Shown here one piece after another: positions 46,284-46,696 of a stretch of DNA of 46,696 nucleotides (within the stretch, counting starts at the first letter, position 1; the number at the start of each line of letters is the position of its first letter). Source of the DNA: Candidatus Omnitrophota bacterium (lineage in GTDB: Bacteria > Omnitrophota > Gorgyraeia > Gygaellales > Profunditerraquicolaceae); the NCBI GenBank assembly GCA_016782485.1, contig JADHYK010000002.1:1-46696 (forward strand), read 5' to 3'. The position numbers and the translations under genes are program-made. Under the pieces are notes generated by a model. It ran no database searches. It had not been told where the DNA came from and saw only the letters and a program-made list of their open reading frames with translations.

Positions 46284-46696
46284 TTGCCCATCCCTACCCT
46301 CTGGCCGACCTGGAAGACCTTGCCTTCGGTCTGAATGGAAGGGGCGATAATTATTTCAACATCATGCATCTCGTGTATGTTGGCGGCACCCAGCGAACCC
46401 ATGGAGGTTTTTAAAGCACCCATCAGGTTCTGCGAACCGTCATCGACCCGGGCAGGCCCGGTGAGAATCTCTTTTAAGCTGCCGGTGGTCCCCACGTATA
46501 TACGCGTGCCGCGCGGAAGATTAACATGGGAGGTTGCCATCCCCCAGTGATAACCTCTGCCCGGCGCTTCTTTTGCACGGGCAAAACTGGAACCGATCAT
46601 TACGCTGTCTGCTCCGCAGGCAAAGGCCTTGCAGATATCCCCGCCGCGGTTCATACCACCATCAGTAATAATCGCAACATACCTGCCCGTCTTTTT
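46280..46696 (-). CDS. guaB: IMP dehydrogenase, C-terminal part (reading frame stays open to the window end)
   Basis: Own translation upstream of the track's Met continues as [36 protein letters not shown], the IMPDH active-site-flap region. Confidence 0.9.
   Translation of the reverse strand, partial: KKTGRYVAIITDGGMNRGGDICKAFACGADSVMIGSSFARAKEAPGRGYHWGMATSHVNLPRGTRIYVGTTGSLKEILTGPARVDDGSQNLMGALKTSMGSLGAANIHEMHDVEIIIAPSIQTEGKVFQVGQRVGMGK

Noticed and set aside
134-46550. All plus-strand ORFs in the track (60-237 aa, for example 2296-2901, 21023-21736, 11707-12276)
   Set aside because: Each lies antisense to a strongly conserved minus-strand gene. Their translations are low-complexity or Ser/Leu/Pro/Arg-rich, and none has an SD or a recognisable motif. 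They are shadow ORFs.

Overview
All recognisable genes in this 46.7 kb window lie on the minus strand, and they form a housekeeping block. Reading along the minus strand, the order is: guaB (partial), guaA, dnaE, two orphan lipoproteins, hup, hisS, aspS, a LysM lipoprotein, phoH, a 7TM-HD (PgpH-like) protein, ybeY, recO, pdxA, rsmA, tRNA-Thr, rpmG, tRNA-Trp, secE, nusG, rplKAJL, rpoBC, rpsLG, fusA, tuf, the S10/spc/alpha ribosomal-protein operons, and rplQ (partial). I see no transposase, integrase, CRISPR array, toxin or defence gene. The lineage cannot be assigned without a database search. Z-type S14, missing L30 and a short AspRS hint at a streamlined genome. The interesting content is non-coding. 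About 11 of 14 spacers of 60 bp or more in the ribosomal/RNAP cluster, plus two sites outside it, carry a modular family of structured repeats. The modules are: (1) a hairpin H with compensatory base changes, sitting directly in front of five start codons; (2) palindromic unit PU-A with GATCCTTCG...CTCAGGAT ends; (3) unit PU-B with TAAGTGAGG...CCGAACTTA ends; (4) hairpin PU-C with a TGAC...GTCA stem. The module ends coincide with the stop codon of the upstream gene and supply a GAAGGA Shine-Dalgarno-like box to the downstream gene. Other features are a perfect 136 bp direct repeat that duplicates the 3' end of tRNA-Thr, an 11-nt tandem repeat abutting the rplC start, an AT-rich long hairpin between rplB and rpsS, a possible structural switch over the rpmJ start, and a long G5/C5-rich leader with a duplicated SD box upstream of hup. 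rpmJ and rpmG are absent from the ORF track because they are under 60 aa, so I added them by hand. All plus-strand ORFs in the track look like antisense shadows.
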